Shown here: positions 39,216 through 51,689 of the stretch, one piece after another | How positions within the stretch are numbered: the stretch's first letter is position 1 | Layout of the letters: each line of letters opens with the position of its first letter | NCBI GenBank assembly: GCA_013239625.1 | Contig: MU056358.1 | Coordinates: 2,900,158-2,964,157, forward strand | Direction of reading: 5' to 3' | Origin: Lama guanicoe | Lineage: Eukaryota | DNA length: 64,000 bases | Notes under the pieces: model-generated | Told to the model about the DNA's origin: nothing | Database searches by the model: none | The model's input: only the letters and a program-made list of their open reading frames with translations | Program-made: the position numbers and the translations under genes

Positions 39216-40874
39216 ATTTGTGTCTTTTAAAACTGAGTGGAGGAATGAGCATGGAAGAATTCCATATCCCATGGCTTTGCATTTTTTACCATTTCGAAGA
39301 AATCAGGAATGCAGCACTAATTTCACCAGGTAATATCTTTACAGCTTCTTCGTGTGCTGACTTTTCAAGGGCTCCTTGTGCTGTTCTTCAGCGATATGTG
39401 AGTGCTTTGAGAATTGCCATTAAAAAGAATGTAGCAGCGGTTCGGCCATATCTCCGTGGCTGAGACACTGATCAAAGGCAGGACCGTCATGACTGGGTGT
39501 ATCACTAAAAACCACTGTTCCCGTTTCCCCTCACGTGGGACTTGAAGTCCCACCCCATGCTTCCTCGGGCCAAGAAAGCACGGGGTCCCAGGGGGCAGTC
39601 TGAAGTCCGGCAGAGCGTGCTCCACCTCTCGGTGCCCTTCCACTGGTGAAGACCTATAAATAACATCTGGGATCCTGTTTCAAAGTCAGAAAAGAGGCAG
39701 GGGCTGGGGGGTTGCTGACATAATGCCACAAACAGACTGACCAAAGAAATGATTTCTGAATGGATCTTAGAGAAGGACAAGCCAGCCAGCCGTGTGGACA
39801 GATGAGACTCCTCCCCTGCAAAACCAGCCTGCCTTTCATGCCCTACATTGTCTGCAGGCATGTCTGAGCCATATTCTAGCCCATTTGGCATTCAGATAGC
39901 CAAGTCGGCTCCACTCGCAGCTCAGACAATTGGGGTCTGAAGTGTTAGCATTCTGCCCTCCTGCAAGGAGGAAAGGGAATCTAGTTTGGGAACCAGAGCA
40001 AGGCTTATTCATTTCATCTCATCTTTTAAGACCCAGAGACAGAGTCCTCCACAGCCCCTCCAGACACACGGTCCTCCAGCTTGAAATGCACAGAAATCAA
40101 ATGCAATAACTATTCCAGGAGAAGTGGCAGGGACTTGGGGCCAAGGTGACAGATTCTGAAGAGCAGACATACACCTTTGTGCTCTGTCTTCTTAAAATTC
40201 ATCCTCTCACCTGCCAGCCTTGAGCATTGCCTATTTACATAACTAGCTGCCTGAAATGGAATGTTAGATAACGTTACATGGCGTCTCACTCAATTTGAGC
40301 CCATCCCCAGGATACGAGTGATCCAGAAGTCCTCCGACAGCGTGTAGCGTGGCCCGCTGGCCTGCAGCCAGGCCTCCGTGTGGTGTGAGCCTGTCAGCAC
40401 TCCAGCTAAGCAGATGTCAGGCCCGATCGCCCGGGTGGGAGACCAGCAGAGCAGCAGGGGAGGAGGCGTGATCCAGCAAGAGGCTCAGTGGCACTTCGGG
40501 GCGTCTTCGGGGACAAACAGCATCGCTTCCTGAGCCTCACAGCAGGCGCCTTGTTCTGCCCAAGGTGCTGTCTCCCAGACTGCCAACAAAAGGGGCTGAG
40601 AGGGGGGGAGCTGCAGGATCTATGGGGACGGCTGGTACAGGAGGTCATAGTCAGCTCTGATACCATCCCTGGCGCTGTGCCAGCCTCACACCCCCTGTTG
40701 GTCCTTTCCAAGGCATGAGTCTCCCATCAAAACTGGAATCACGCTGCTCGCTTGTAGGAGGAGTATAAATAAGTGATAAGGAGGTGTCCTGATAATGATA
40801 AGCGGAGCTATCTTCTCAGCAGACCAGATGTATCAAAGAAGGCAATTGTGTGTGTTTGTTCATTTATTTTTCAG

Positions 40875-41158
40875 CGTTCCGGTTCCCGTAGTCAGCTTAG
40901 AGAAAATTCCTAACCTAGTGAAGGCAGATGGTGCCAATGTCAAAATGAACTCTACAACCACTACTGCGGTCACCTCCTGCTCCACCCCGTCCTCTGCCGT
41001 CTCCGCCCCATCTTTAATTAAGCCGCTCTCGATGTCCAAGTCAGTGCCACCTTCCCCAGAGAAGATCTTAAATGGCAAAGGGATTTTGTCCTCCACAATA
41101 GACAAGAAACACCAGAATGGCACCAAAAACAACAACAAGCCTTACAGGAGACTTTCAG
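40875..41158 (+). CDS. ATXN7L1: ATXN7L1 coding exon (probably exon 5): (C)VPVPVVSLEKIPNLVKADGANVKMNSTTTT...KKHQNGTKNNNKPYRRLS(E)
   Basis: Acceptor tttatttttcAG ends at 40874; donor G|gtacgt at 41159. The split codon TG|C (Cys) joins the previous exon in frame. The VPVPVVSLEKIPNL motif is characteristic of the ATXN7 family. Confidence 0.96.
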
Positions 41159-41957
41159 GTACGTGTCTGTGTCACTAGAGTCTGGTTGATGCTCAGACTG
41201 CAATTGAGTGACGTCCATAAGGAGCGAGTGATGCGTTCTTCTGATTAAGCAGGTCTGTTTCATTTCAAGGGGAACACATTGTTTACCTGCAGACAGGACC
41301 CCTTCACCTAAAAATGCAAAGGAGAGCTGGTTCTCTTATTCCCCGGCCAGATGAGGTCCCTCGTTCAGCTCAGCACTTGATGGGAGTCACCCTAGTGACC
41401 TCGAAGCAGGAGGCTCTGCGCCCCCAGCAGCAGCCTGTGGACTCTGAGACTTGTCATCATGTCGACAGGCTGAAGCACCCTCGGGTTCCATAAAGCCTCA
41501 CAGCCATGAAGTCAGACAACCCACAGCGAGAGCGTACAGTAGCCCAGAGCAGGCTTGGGACAGTCCCCCGGGTGCCGCCTGCCCTTCTCTATCCTTTGGT
41601 CTAGTTGGTTTCCAGGTTGATTCTGTGGTCTGGGGCCACAACTGCCTTTCCCACACAAGCAGGTTGGCACTCCCGTTTCCTGAGAACACTGGGACTGGCA
41701 CAGAGGAGGGGTACAGAGGGGTCTCTCTCTGATCTACTGAGTTGTGTGAGTAGGCACTTGGGGTGCCTGGAAGGGTGCACACAGCCAGTCCTGGAGGCAA
41801 CGGTTGCCCTTGGGGGCCCCCACGTGGCTGATACTTGCTTTGGATTGATGTGGAGGGAAACCTGGCAGTTCTGCTTTCTCCAAAAGACCAAGAAAAGTTA
41901 TAACTTCTTCATACACCATAGGCATTTCTCAAATGTTAACCAGAAAAGAAGGAAATA

Positions 41958-42177
41958 CAGTTGACCCTTGAACAACTCAGAGATTAGGGCACCCACCTTC
42001 TGCACAGTCGAAAATCCCCATGTCATTTATAGTCAGTGCTCCATATCTGTGGTTCCTCCATGTCCACAGATTCTACCAACCTCCAATCTTGTAGTACTAC
42101 AGTATTTACTGTTGAAAAAGCCCTGCGTGTAAGCGGGCCTGCACAGCTCAAAACCCGTGTTGTTCAAGGGTCAGCTG
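41958..42177. mobile_element. Tigger2-family MITE (MER8-like) with intact terminal inverted repeats
   Basis: TIRs cagttgacccttgaacaac (41958-41976) and gttgttcaagggtcagctg (42159-42177), 18/19 complementary. Flanked by TA (41956-57) and TG, a decayed TA TSD. Confidence 0.9.
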
Positions 42178-42667
42178 TGCAGAGAAAGCCACCCTATGAG
42201 AGAGAAGCTATGTCCTGTAGTATGAGCATAATTCCTAAGTGCCCAAGAATTGTGGGTCATTTTTATTTTCTACTTTGCATTTCTCTGTATTTCAGTTTTT
42301 CTATCATACATCTGTAACTTTAAAAACACTATTTCTTAAAAGTACCTCAGACCCAAAGCGCTCAAATGACAGGTATTTTACCCTGAAAACCTCTCCATGT
42401 CCTATTTACCCTCCGTCTGGAAAGAAAGGCAGAGCCTGGTGCTCTGTTGGAGGGTGTGGGGCCTCACTCTGCAGACAGCGCTCCCAGCTCCTGGCTCTCT
42501 TCCTGCAGGGAGGGTTCACTTTCACTCCGCAGAGGAGGCAGCGTCCCTGGACGATCCAGGAGGCCTGGCTGGGCTCTGTGTCCTGAGGCTATGCTTTCTT
42601 GTCCTGGCATAACCACAGCGTCCAGCCTTCACCTTAATCTGAAGTTGTTTGGGGATTTCTTAAATTA

Positions 42668-42668
<1 letters not shown>

Positions 42669-42701
<33 letters not shown>

Positions 42702-42705
42702 TATT
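42669..42705. repeat. (TTA)n microsatellite
   Basis: Read directly. Confidence 0.9.
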
Positions 42706-44176
42706 TTTGCTGTTTGTTGGTAGTTTTGTCTCATTGGGTCTTTTGCTTATTTCTCTCTCACTTTCACATTTGGCAGCCAGCTCCGGCCCCCAGCCAAACA
42801 ACCTGCCCAGTTCCAGGCCAGCAGGGGTGCTGGTGTGGATCTGGGCTGGGGTCTGACTCCGATAGGCCCAAGGAAAAGGACTCACACCAGGTGGCCTGGG
42901 GGCTACGCCCAGGCCCTCCTCGTTGGGCGGAGAGGGCTCACAGGGGAATGGGCTTCTCTAGGCATAGCAGTTTTCTGTTCTTAATAGTGAGGAAAAAAAA
43001 AAGAAGCAGCAGCAGCAGAAGACAAAAGCAAAAGAAGGGGTAGGATGCAGCCAATTAGGAAACTTGTCTTGGATATGAAAATGGTTTTATGGCAAACATC
43101 ATCATCACCACTGTTGCAAACACCCTACAGCTCCCAGACCTTCTTTTAAAAATAGAATGCATTCATTTATTATGGTAAGAGTTTACCAAGTTCAGAAACT
43201 TTTTCAGGCATGGCAACCTCTTTTTAGCTTGCAGCCATCTGAGGCCCTTAAGGAGACATTCCACCAAGTTTATATACACTCCCCACCCAGCCGCCCGCCA
43301 GCACTGCTGCCTGTCTCCCTGAATGCCCAGAAGAGCTGTCTTACTCCTGCCCTGCAGGACTTGTGTTTGCTAGGTGCCTTCCAGAAACAGCACAGGCCAT
43401 CAACAAGTGGAACTTTAAAGCCTGAAGGGTCCTTAAGAAGTTGCCTCATGTCCTCTCATCTTCCAGGGGAGGAGAGCATTTCTGTAATCCAGAAGGGGCA
43501 TAAAAAGAGCAGGCTTCTTAGAAGTAACCTCGACAGGCGCTGTCTGCAATCCAGCGGGATGGCCGGATCCGGGAGAGCCTACCTCCCTTAGTGAGCCTTC
43601 ATCCCGCAGGGACAGCTTGCCCAGAGTACTCATTCCCACCTGGGGCAGCAGACCCCGTGCAGGGGGCAGAGCAAGCTCTGAGACTAGCAGGCCCGCCCAC
43701 ATCCAGTCTTCTCCTGTGCGCCTGCCTGTGATGCTGCCCAAATATCTCTGAATCAGGGAAATGATTTTTTCCAGCCAGAGAGGCTGCATGGAAAGCTGAG
43801 GACTTTGCAAAGTATGAGAGAGGCAGGTCACAATGACATGTCAAGGAATAATCTCCAACATTTAAACGGCTAAAACTAGCGGGGAGGCAGGGCAGGGAAG
43901 GGAGAGTGTTGTGTTCTTGGAGCTGCCCCAGGGAAGAAGTAGCCCCTGGGCCTCAGGTGGCTGTCCCTGGTCTGCAGCCAACTATGCCCAAAGTGCCAGA
44001 TACCTGGGGAACTGTTGGGAGTGAAATAAAGTGTGAGAGCAACGTGGCTCCTTTCCATCCGGTGCCCACCCCCACCTATCCCCTTGTGCGTTCTGCATCC
44101 CTGCCGAAGCTGGACTTGGGAACTCTGGGATTCAGAGGGGAGCGCCATCTTCCCCCAGCAGTTCTGAAGCATTTTA

Positions 44177-44620
44177 NNNNNNNNNNNNNNNNNNNNNNNN
44201 NNNNNNNNNNNNNNNNNNNNNNNNNNNNNNNNNNNNNNNNNNNNNNNNNNNNNNNNNNNNNNNNNNNNNNNNNNNNNNNNNNNNNNNNNNNNNNNNNNNN
44301 NNNNNNNNNNNNNNNNNNNNNNNNNNNNNNNNNNNNNNNNNNNNNNNNNNNNNNNNNNNNNNNNNNNNNNNNNNNNNNNNNNNNNNNNNNNNNNNNNNNN
44401 NNNNNNNNNNNNNNNNNNNNNNNNNNNNNNNNNNNNNNNNNNNNNNNNNNNNNNNNNNNNNNNNNNNNNNNNNNNNNNNNNNNNNNNNNNNNNNNNNNNN
44501 NNNNNNNNNNNNNNNNNNNNNNNNNNNNNNNNNNNNNNNNNNNNNNNNNNNNNNNNNNNNNNNNNNNNNNNNNNNNNNNNNNNNNNNNNNNNNNNNNNNN
44601 NNNNNNNNNNNNNNNNNNNN
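44177..44620 (+). other. ATXN7L1: Assembly gap that probably contains the missing ATXN7L1 exon (about 83 nt, expected EREFDPNKHCGVLDPETKKPCTRSLTCK, first part of the SCA7 zinc finger)
   Basis: The exon ending at 41158 is phase 1 and the exon starting at 45293 is phase 0, so an intervening exon is required. I did not find its sequence in the readable intron, and this is the only N-run between the two exons. Confidence 0.7.
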
Positions 44621-45292
44621 AAAATAGGCTTCCCCTGTTACTTGTGAGGCCAGACAGTAAATTGTATTTATAGGCACTCACAGGCGGTTCTAAACCCTGC
44701 TACGTTTTAATGTATGCAGGAGCGGCGGCAGCGGCGGCAGCGCCCTGAAAAGCAGCCCCGGAGGGGAGGACGAGCCGCCGCGCCCCTGATCCGGCCACAC
44801 CGGGGTGGCCAGGGGACAGCTGACCCAAGGCGGCCGCTGTCAGGTGGCCCCCAGCCCCATATTTCTTACTGAACGGCTAATGCCTCTTGGGATGGAGGCT
44901 GTGGCCCTCTCTGCTTGGTGGGTCCGTGTGTCTGGGCCAAAGCGAGCCCCCCACCTGCACCTGGATTAACTCCAGCACGCCCTCACCATTGCCTTTCATC
45001 AGAGAGGTTCTCGTGGGTTCTGTGCTGAAACTCGTCATCTTGTGCTTTTTTCTTTTCTTTTTTTTTTTTTTTTTGGAGGAAGCTTTGGCTTCTTAACGCC
45101 AGGAGTGTAGGGCATGGTTGCGTTTGTGTGGTCTCTGCCTCTTCCCAGCCAGAACAGGAGCCGTTGCCTTGAAGTTGACTTTTCAAGCACCTCCAAATTC
45201 CCATGAATTGCCGTTTCTGAGATGGAGGGCCCGGGGAAGCAGGTTTATGTGCTGATCAAAGAGGCTGTGCTTCCCGTCTCTTTTCTCCTTAG

Positions 45293-45549
45293 ACACATTC
45301 CCTAAGCCATCGGAGGGCAGTCCCAGGCCGGAAAAAGCAGTTTGACCTCCTTCTGGCGGAACACAAAGCCAAGTCCCGGGAAAAAGAAGTTAAGGATAAA
45401 GAACATCTCCTGACTTCGGCGAGGGAAGTACTTCCAAACGCGTCCGGGCCAGCGCAGGACTGTCTGCCGGGATCTTCAGGGACCTCAGGCCCAGAACCTA
45501 AAGTCGCGTCCCCTGCGAAATCCAGGCCCCTTAACTCTGTGCTTCCCAG
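45293..45549 (+). CDS. ATXN7L1: ATXN7L1 coding exon (probably exon 7): THSLSHRRAVPGRKKQFDLLLAEHKAKSREKEVKDKEHLL...SRPLNSVLP(R); second part of the SCA7 domain
   Basis: Acceptor tcttttctccttAG ends at 45292; donor AG|gtaagt at 45550. Length 257 nt, phase 0 to 2. THSLxxRRAVxGRxKxFDxLLAEH is the SCA7-domain signature. The ORF track misses it because it has no start codon. Confidence 0.96.
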
Positions 45550-46465
45550 GTAAGTCCCACCTTGGTGAGGAAGCCTGGAGCCCGCAGTCAGGTGACTCTG
45601 CCTGGCCGGGTTGTGTGTGGTCTGAGCACATTGTGAAATGGGAGTGGCAATAGTCCTCCCTCGTAAGGCGGTTGTGAAGTTCAAACCAGAGAGTGGGCGG
45701 GAGGGGCTCAGCCCAGTGCCTGACGTGTAGCGCTTGGTGGATTTTACTGCTGCCACGATTGTCATCCTCACTGTCGTCATCACTGCCATCATCATCACCC
45801 TGCAGAGCAGACCCATATCAGACGGCGTGGGTTGTTCACAGAGAAAGAGTAAGCTGGAAGTGAATGCCTGAAAGAATGACACCCACCCACCGGGCAACTT
45901 TCTGGTTGCCTGGGGTTTTAGATTAGTTGGAGATTCCTGGAGCAGAGAGTAGGGGAAGCCTGGGGGCATGGGTGGGCAGCACAGCTTAGGAACCTACTTG
46001 TCATATTTTGTGCATTTTTCCCCAACTCTCAGAGATGGTCAGGGTGAAGGGGAAATAAGCGTAACAGAGGCTATTTGTCCTTACATTTCCCTCCACACCA
46101 GGGAAGGTGAGCCACCTCTACGGGGGGTTGTTTGGTTGTCCTGGACAGAAAGGAAAGAAGAGAGAACAAACCCCATTTGGATTAAGAGGGATTTAGAATC
46201 CATACGTGTGTGTTTTAATGGGCAGTGGAGTGCCGTATTGAGCCACAGACCAATTTCTAGGTAATAGGACAGGGAACCCTCCTTCAAAAATATTAACTGA
46301 GTGCTTGCTCTGTAACCAAGGGGCCCAGGAAGGTGAATGAAACCAGATCCTGCCTTTCAAGAATTTAGAGTTTAGAAGATGAGACTCAAAATCCAGAAGA
46401 TCATAGAAAGGGCACATTAATAACACAGTATTAGAAGTGCAGGTAGTGGTAGCATCTGATGATTT

Positions 46466-46578
46466 GGGGGGGTGGTGATTAGGTTTATTTACTTATTTTT
46501 GGAGGAGGTGCTGGGGATTGAACCCAGGACCTCGTGCATGCTAAATACTCACTCTACCACTTGAGCTATGCCCTCCCC
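46466..46578 (-). mobile_element. Vic-1-like SINE with perfect 13-bp TSD
   Basis: Antisense head ggggattgaacccaggacctcgtgcatgctaa...ctaccacttgagctatgccctcccc. TSD catctgatgattt at 46453-46465 and 46579-46591. Confidence 0.95.
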
Positions 46579-47742
46579 CATCTGATGATTTTTAGTGCCT
46601 ACAGTGAGTCTCAAAGAGTGATTGTCCAGCCAGCCAGTGGGCATTAAGAGGACGTAGTTATGAAAGAAGGGGAAGGAACTTATTTTTAAAGCAAAAGCAG
46701 ATATTCGATGATCATTGTTACCAACCCACCAGGATATCTTCCACCTTCCACTTTGACGTGAGCCTGACCCATGTGACAAATAGAGCCCCTCTCTCAGAAT
46801 CGCAGACCTCAGCCTCAGGCATCCGGGAGGATGGAGTCGGACGGAATCACCACCCACACATTTCCATCATCACAGTCATTGTTGCATCATCATCATCCAT
46901 TTACAGGCCACTTTCCTTGCCACTCCTCACGTTGCAAGATCATTTTGTAATGACTTCTCACTGTAATGCTAAATGTTGGTGAAGGATATTACCCTTGCTT
47001 TAGAGTTGAGAAGACAGTTCTGTTCCAAGCTTCTAGGAGGGGCTTCAATTCTATATACAGTTGTTTTCAAACTTCTTGGTGGCTGAGGAACTTTTTTATT
47101 GCCTCAAAACATTACATGGTACCCAATATAAGAGCAGACCTGCCTCCACCGGAAGCCAGCTCAGCCCTGCTGTCATCGCACATGTGCCCAGAGCCCACTG
47201 TCCCCCAGCCCACCCAAGGGACCATCTTGGATTCCCCAACAACTCCAGGGAACTCAGTTTGAAAACTTTCTTTTCTTTTTTATACATTTCTCCATCAATT
47301 TTGACTGATGCAGGCACTTCTCACCTAAACAGTGGTACCTGGCTTAACAGAGAAGCCAGGGGGCAGCTGTTAAAAAAATGAAACAGGAGACAGTGGAGCC
47401 TTAAGAGCTGCTTCTTTCTGTTCCCTTTTGGTTTAATTTTCAGGAGAATGTTTGTCAACAGAAAAATGCCAAGTGTTTATGTTCTTTAGGGAAGCAGAAG
47501 AGAGTGGGTGAGGTTAATCAGCAAAGAGAATGTTTCAGAATAGAAGGGAGAAGCAAAGAAACACATTACAAATGTTGGTAAGAGAATAATTTTTGAGGAT
47601 GCTTTCCAAAGTTGATGATGAAGACGCTAAAATACTCAGGGGTGAGCTCTGTTCCAAAGTTCATGGGAAGCAACGTCCTCTTTCACTTGTTTTCAGTTCA
47701 GACAAAACCCCACGCAATCAGAGATTTCAAACGCATAATCAA

Positions 47743-47907
47743 GGCAGGAGGGTATAGCTCAGTAGTAGAGTGTGTGTTTAGCATGTGTGAGGTCCTGGGT
47801 TCAACCCCCAGTACCTCTATTTAAAATACACACGCACACACACACACATACACACACACATAAATAAATAAATAAACCTAATTACCTCCCCAAAAAAGAA
47901 AGAAAAA
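47743..47907 (+). mobile_element. Vic-1-like SINE with an internal (CA)n microsatellite
   Basis: gagggtatagctcagtagtagag...ggtcctgggttcaacccccagtacctc, (CA)n at about 47828-47860, then the aataaataaacctaattacctcccc tail. Confidence 0.9.
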
Positions 47908-50159
47908 GCATGATTAGAAGTTAATGTGCTCAACATTTTTTCCCCTCATGTTAATGATATAAATATAATAGCTGTTTCGTTCACACTCATTACCTGTAAT
48001 TGGCAAAAAAAAAAAAAACCATCACACATGAGTGGAATTATGGTACCCCCTCCCCAGTTGTGAATTTCTCTTGCAGGGACTGCTAACATGTGTGAATTTA
48101 TCTCTTAAATACTGTTTGGGTAACCTTGTGAATACTCCAGTTCTCATATTTCTGAGTTGCAACCCATTCTGTTCCTCAAAGAGGGACTGGGGTCCAGGAT
48201 TGGAAAAGTGAAAGTTAGATAGCAAGGATCAGAACAGGATGGAAGGACAAGGCTCAGCTCCTTGTCTGCTCACCCCGTGAGCAGGGTCATGTTGCTTTGC
48301 CTCTCTGGCCTCAAACTGCTCACCTGTCAGATGGAGATAAGAAAAATGATGGTAGGTAAAGTCCCAAGCTCTTGATAAGTGCTCAGGTATGGTAGCTGGT
48401 AGCGAGAGCTGGTGGTGTCAATGGGGAAGCAGTGCTGAGTCAGTGAGGGCCTTGGTGCTGCCTGCTTTCCATTCACCTTTCCTCCTGGCCTCTGGTCCTC
48501 AACCCGGGGGCCCTTGAATAACATACCGATATCTCTGTTTCTTTGTCCCCAACTCTAAGGGAGCACATTACCTGCCCCACAGAGCCCACAGGCTGAGGGT
48601 GACCAGGACAACCAAAACCATCAGGATTCTTGTTGGAAGGGGGAGAAGGGCAGAGGGTCTAGCTGGGCTGTGACAAGCCAGGCCCTGGCCCCCAGGAGAG
48701 TGGGAGGAAAGGTCGGCTGCAGGATCAGTGCTGACAAGATCTGGGCCCGCTCCCCTCTGTCTCATAGATGCTCGCACATCTCATCTTAAAGTATAAAGTG
48801 GCAAACACTGGTGAATCTTAGACTGACAGGGGCAGTGGGGAGAGAGGCAGAAGGTCCTAGATACCTGGAAAGGGCAGAGATGAGTCTGGAGTGAAAGCAG
48901 CTTCCGTTCGTGATGCATTAGGCAGTGTTATTGCCAACTTGGAAGCCGTTTCTCTCCTTGTCTTACGTTTGTTACTGTACTTTTTCTACAGCCATTTCTC
49001 AGTATTGGGGCTTTGAAGTCTCATTTCCACCTCCTATTAGTTTGGCTAATAAGTGTCCTCACTGAGAAATGTGGGTCATAATTATGCGCACCTAAGGCAG
49101 TGGGTAACTTGGAGGAGACAATGCACATGACACGGCTACACTTCGGAGGGACACAGTTAAGGTCAATCGCCCTGTGCGCTCTTCCCCAGAGCACTCAGAC
49201 TGATGCTCATGCTTCCTCAAAGTAAGGAGTGGGGGAGGGACTTTCTCTGAGTTTCCCTGAGTGAAACTGGACAGGAGCCATCATCTCATGCACGGTCTTT
49301 AGACCAGACTGGTACGTGGAGAGTGGAGGGTGACATAGTGCTGGGGAAGAAAGATTGGGTGGCAGGTTAACGCACTTGCATGACTTTTCCAACGCTTTCT
49401 CCTGGCGAAGTGCCCCGTTCACCATCGCTCCTCGCCTTGGCTTTTCTGAGACACAGGCGGGTTCCAGGGCAGCGATCAGAGCTGGGAGGTCTTGAAAGCA
49501 GCCGCCACTCCATAATCGCCAGGAGGGTGCTTGCACCCGAGTGAGACATGCTACGAAGGAGAAGCCCGAGGGCTCTTTCTTCACGTTGTGCATGTGCACA
49601 CAAGTGTCCACCATCATCACTCAAGTTTCTGTCTTTGCTCACAGGGCTGATTCTGCTCCAGAGCTCACAGTTTCCATGTTCAGCTTTACACTCTCCATGA
49701 TTCTCCTCCCCTCACATCCTCTCTTTTCTGGCAACTGGACTTACTATTGAGTGTCTCAACCATTTTAATTTTTTTTCTCAACAAAAATTTGTGAATTTTG
49801 TTGGTTTTTTTTGTTTTGTTTTAAGAACATGGAAAATTTAATTAATATATATTTTCACTCCTTTAGGTGGAAATGGTGTGTATTGCAAATACTACCTCTA
49901 GAAATACTAAATCCAATTATTGTATAAAATATAGTTATTTTAAAAATTATTGTGATAAAACACATATAACAAAATTTACCATCTTAAATATTGTAAGTGT
50001 ACGATTGAATGGCATTAGACACATTCATGATGTTCTGCAACAAAACTTTGTTTTTAAAATCAAAGTAATAGGCACCTAGTTCAAAACCAAATAGTTCTCA
50101 AATAGAGTGAAAAACAGTGGTTCCTGCCATCCTGGAACTCTCTCTACCCTCTCTGTGTG

Positions 50160-51040
50160 AGAGCACCTGCTTCCTGGATCCCACTGCCTTCTTCTCTCTT
50201 GGTTTGCTCCTTTATTTTGATGGAGTGTCTTTTCCATTAGCTTCCTGTGAAGGGGAGTGGGAGGGCAATGTGTAGCATCCTTATATGCCTGAAAATGTAT
50301 TTATTCTACCCTCATGCCTAATTGTTAAGCTCTCTGAGTATATAACTGGATTGAAAATCATTTCTCTACCGAATTTTGAAGACCATTTTTCCATTGGGCT
50401 CCTGGTATCAGAGGGTTTTGTTGAGATGTTTAATATCATTCTGGTTCAGTTTTTATTTCTGAAGCATGGGGCTCTGAAACTTCCCAGGAATCACCCTTGA
50501 TGTTGGTATTTTTTCATTCATTGTGCTGGGTACTCAGTAGATCCTTTCAATCTGGAAACACCCATTTCTAGGATATTTTCCTGTATTACTCCCTAAATAA
50601 TTTTCTCCCCACTATTGCCTTTATTCTCTTTCTTAACCTCCTGTTAGTTGGATGTCGGACTGTTTGCTTTAGTCTTTTTCTTTCTCTTACCTTTTCTCCT
50701 ATTTTCTCTCAATCTCTTATTTCACTTCTAAAAAGATTTTTTACTTTCCCTTCAAAACTGGATATTAAAATATTTATGATGTACTTAAGTTTTAGGATCT
50801 GGTTCTTCTTATCTGATTGCTTCTTATAATATCCTGCAAGAGACTGTCACTGGCAGAGATGATACTATTCTAATATCTTTGAAGATAGGTTTCTTAGTTT
50901 TTCCTCTTTCTTTCCTTATCTTCATTTCCCCCAAGTTTATTTCTTGTAGGTGTTCATGTGTTTGGTATTTGGTTGGTCAGCATCATGCTGAAGGTGTTCC
51001 AGGAATGTTTGGTGATTCCTAACCATTCATATTTAGAAGA
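50160..51040 (-). mobile_element. Old L1 (L1MC/ME-like) fragment
   Basis: T-rich antisense L1-like sequence: atgcctgaaaatgtatttattctaccctca, ttcattgtgctgggtactcagtagatcctttcaatctggaaac and ctcctgttagttggatgtcggac. Confidence 0.6.
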
Positions 51041-51689
51041 GAGGCGCTGACAGGTTGATTGGAGGTCTGTGTATAGGACTGTCAACCAAAAGGTCATCAC
51101 GTCACCAGTCAGCCTTCACTGGAGGATTCCCAAAGGCAAGATGTGGCAGGAAGCCTTTTGGGGCCATTGCGTTTTCCAAGGGAAGAATCCTGCCTGCTGG
51201 TGTGCCTGGCAGCAGGTGTTCTGGGAGTGGTGACTAAGGATCTGGCCAGGGACAGCCCGCAACCCCCTGTTTCTAGCCATGTGCCCCCATCTGGTCTCTG
51301 TTGAGCCTGGTGGCCCCATATCTAGAGTCTCTTTAGTTGTTGGAGAGTTGATTGAGGGGCGGGGGCTGGCAGGGGCGATGGCAATTCACCTGGCTGTGTG
51401 AAGTGTTAGTGATGACCCGTGGGTCCAGCTGTCACCTGACTTTCAGCTCTCCCGCTCAGTTTAGTCCTCACCTCGGACTTTTGCGGCCCTAGGTGCTCCA
51501 GGTGCCCTGCTTCTCAGAGGTTCTGTGGCAGGTCAGCTCTTTTCCCGTCGGTTAACACTCTCCAGTCACAGCCTGTCATCTTAAAATGGGTTAAAATCTC
51601 TTATTCACAGTCGTATCAGTTGGGACACTTCACGGGCAAGTATCGCAAAACCTTGCTTACTAAACACTCAACAATTAGGACATTTCTCA

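Noticed and set aside
43906-44681. Long ORFs containing X-runs (also near 35.3 kb and 59.5-60.2 kb)
   Set aside because: They are artefacts of translating through N gaps.
45289-45969. 226-aa minus-strand ORF
   Set aside because: It is the antisense shadow of ATXN7L1 exon 7 plus decayed MIR-like and (CAT)-rich intron sequence, with no recognisable protein.
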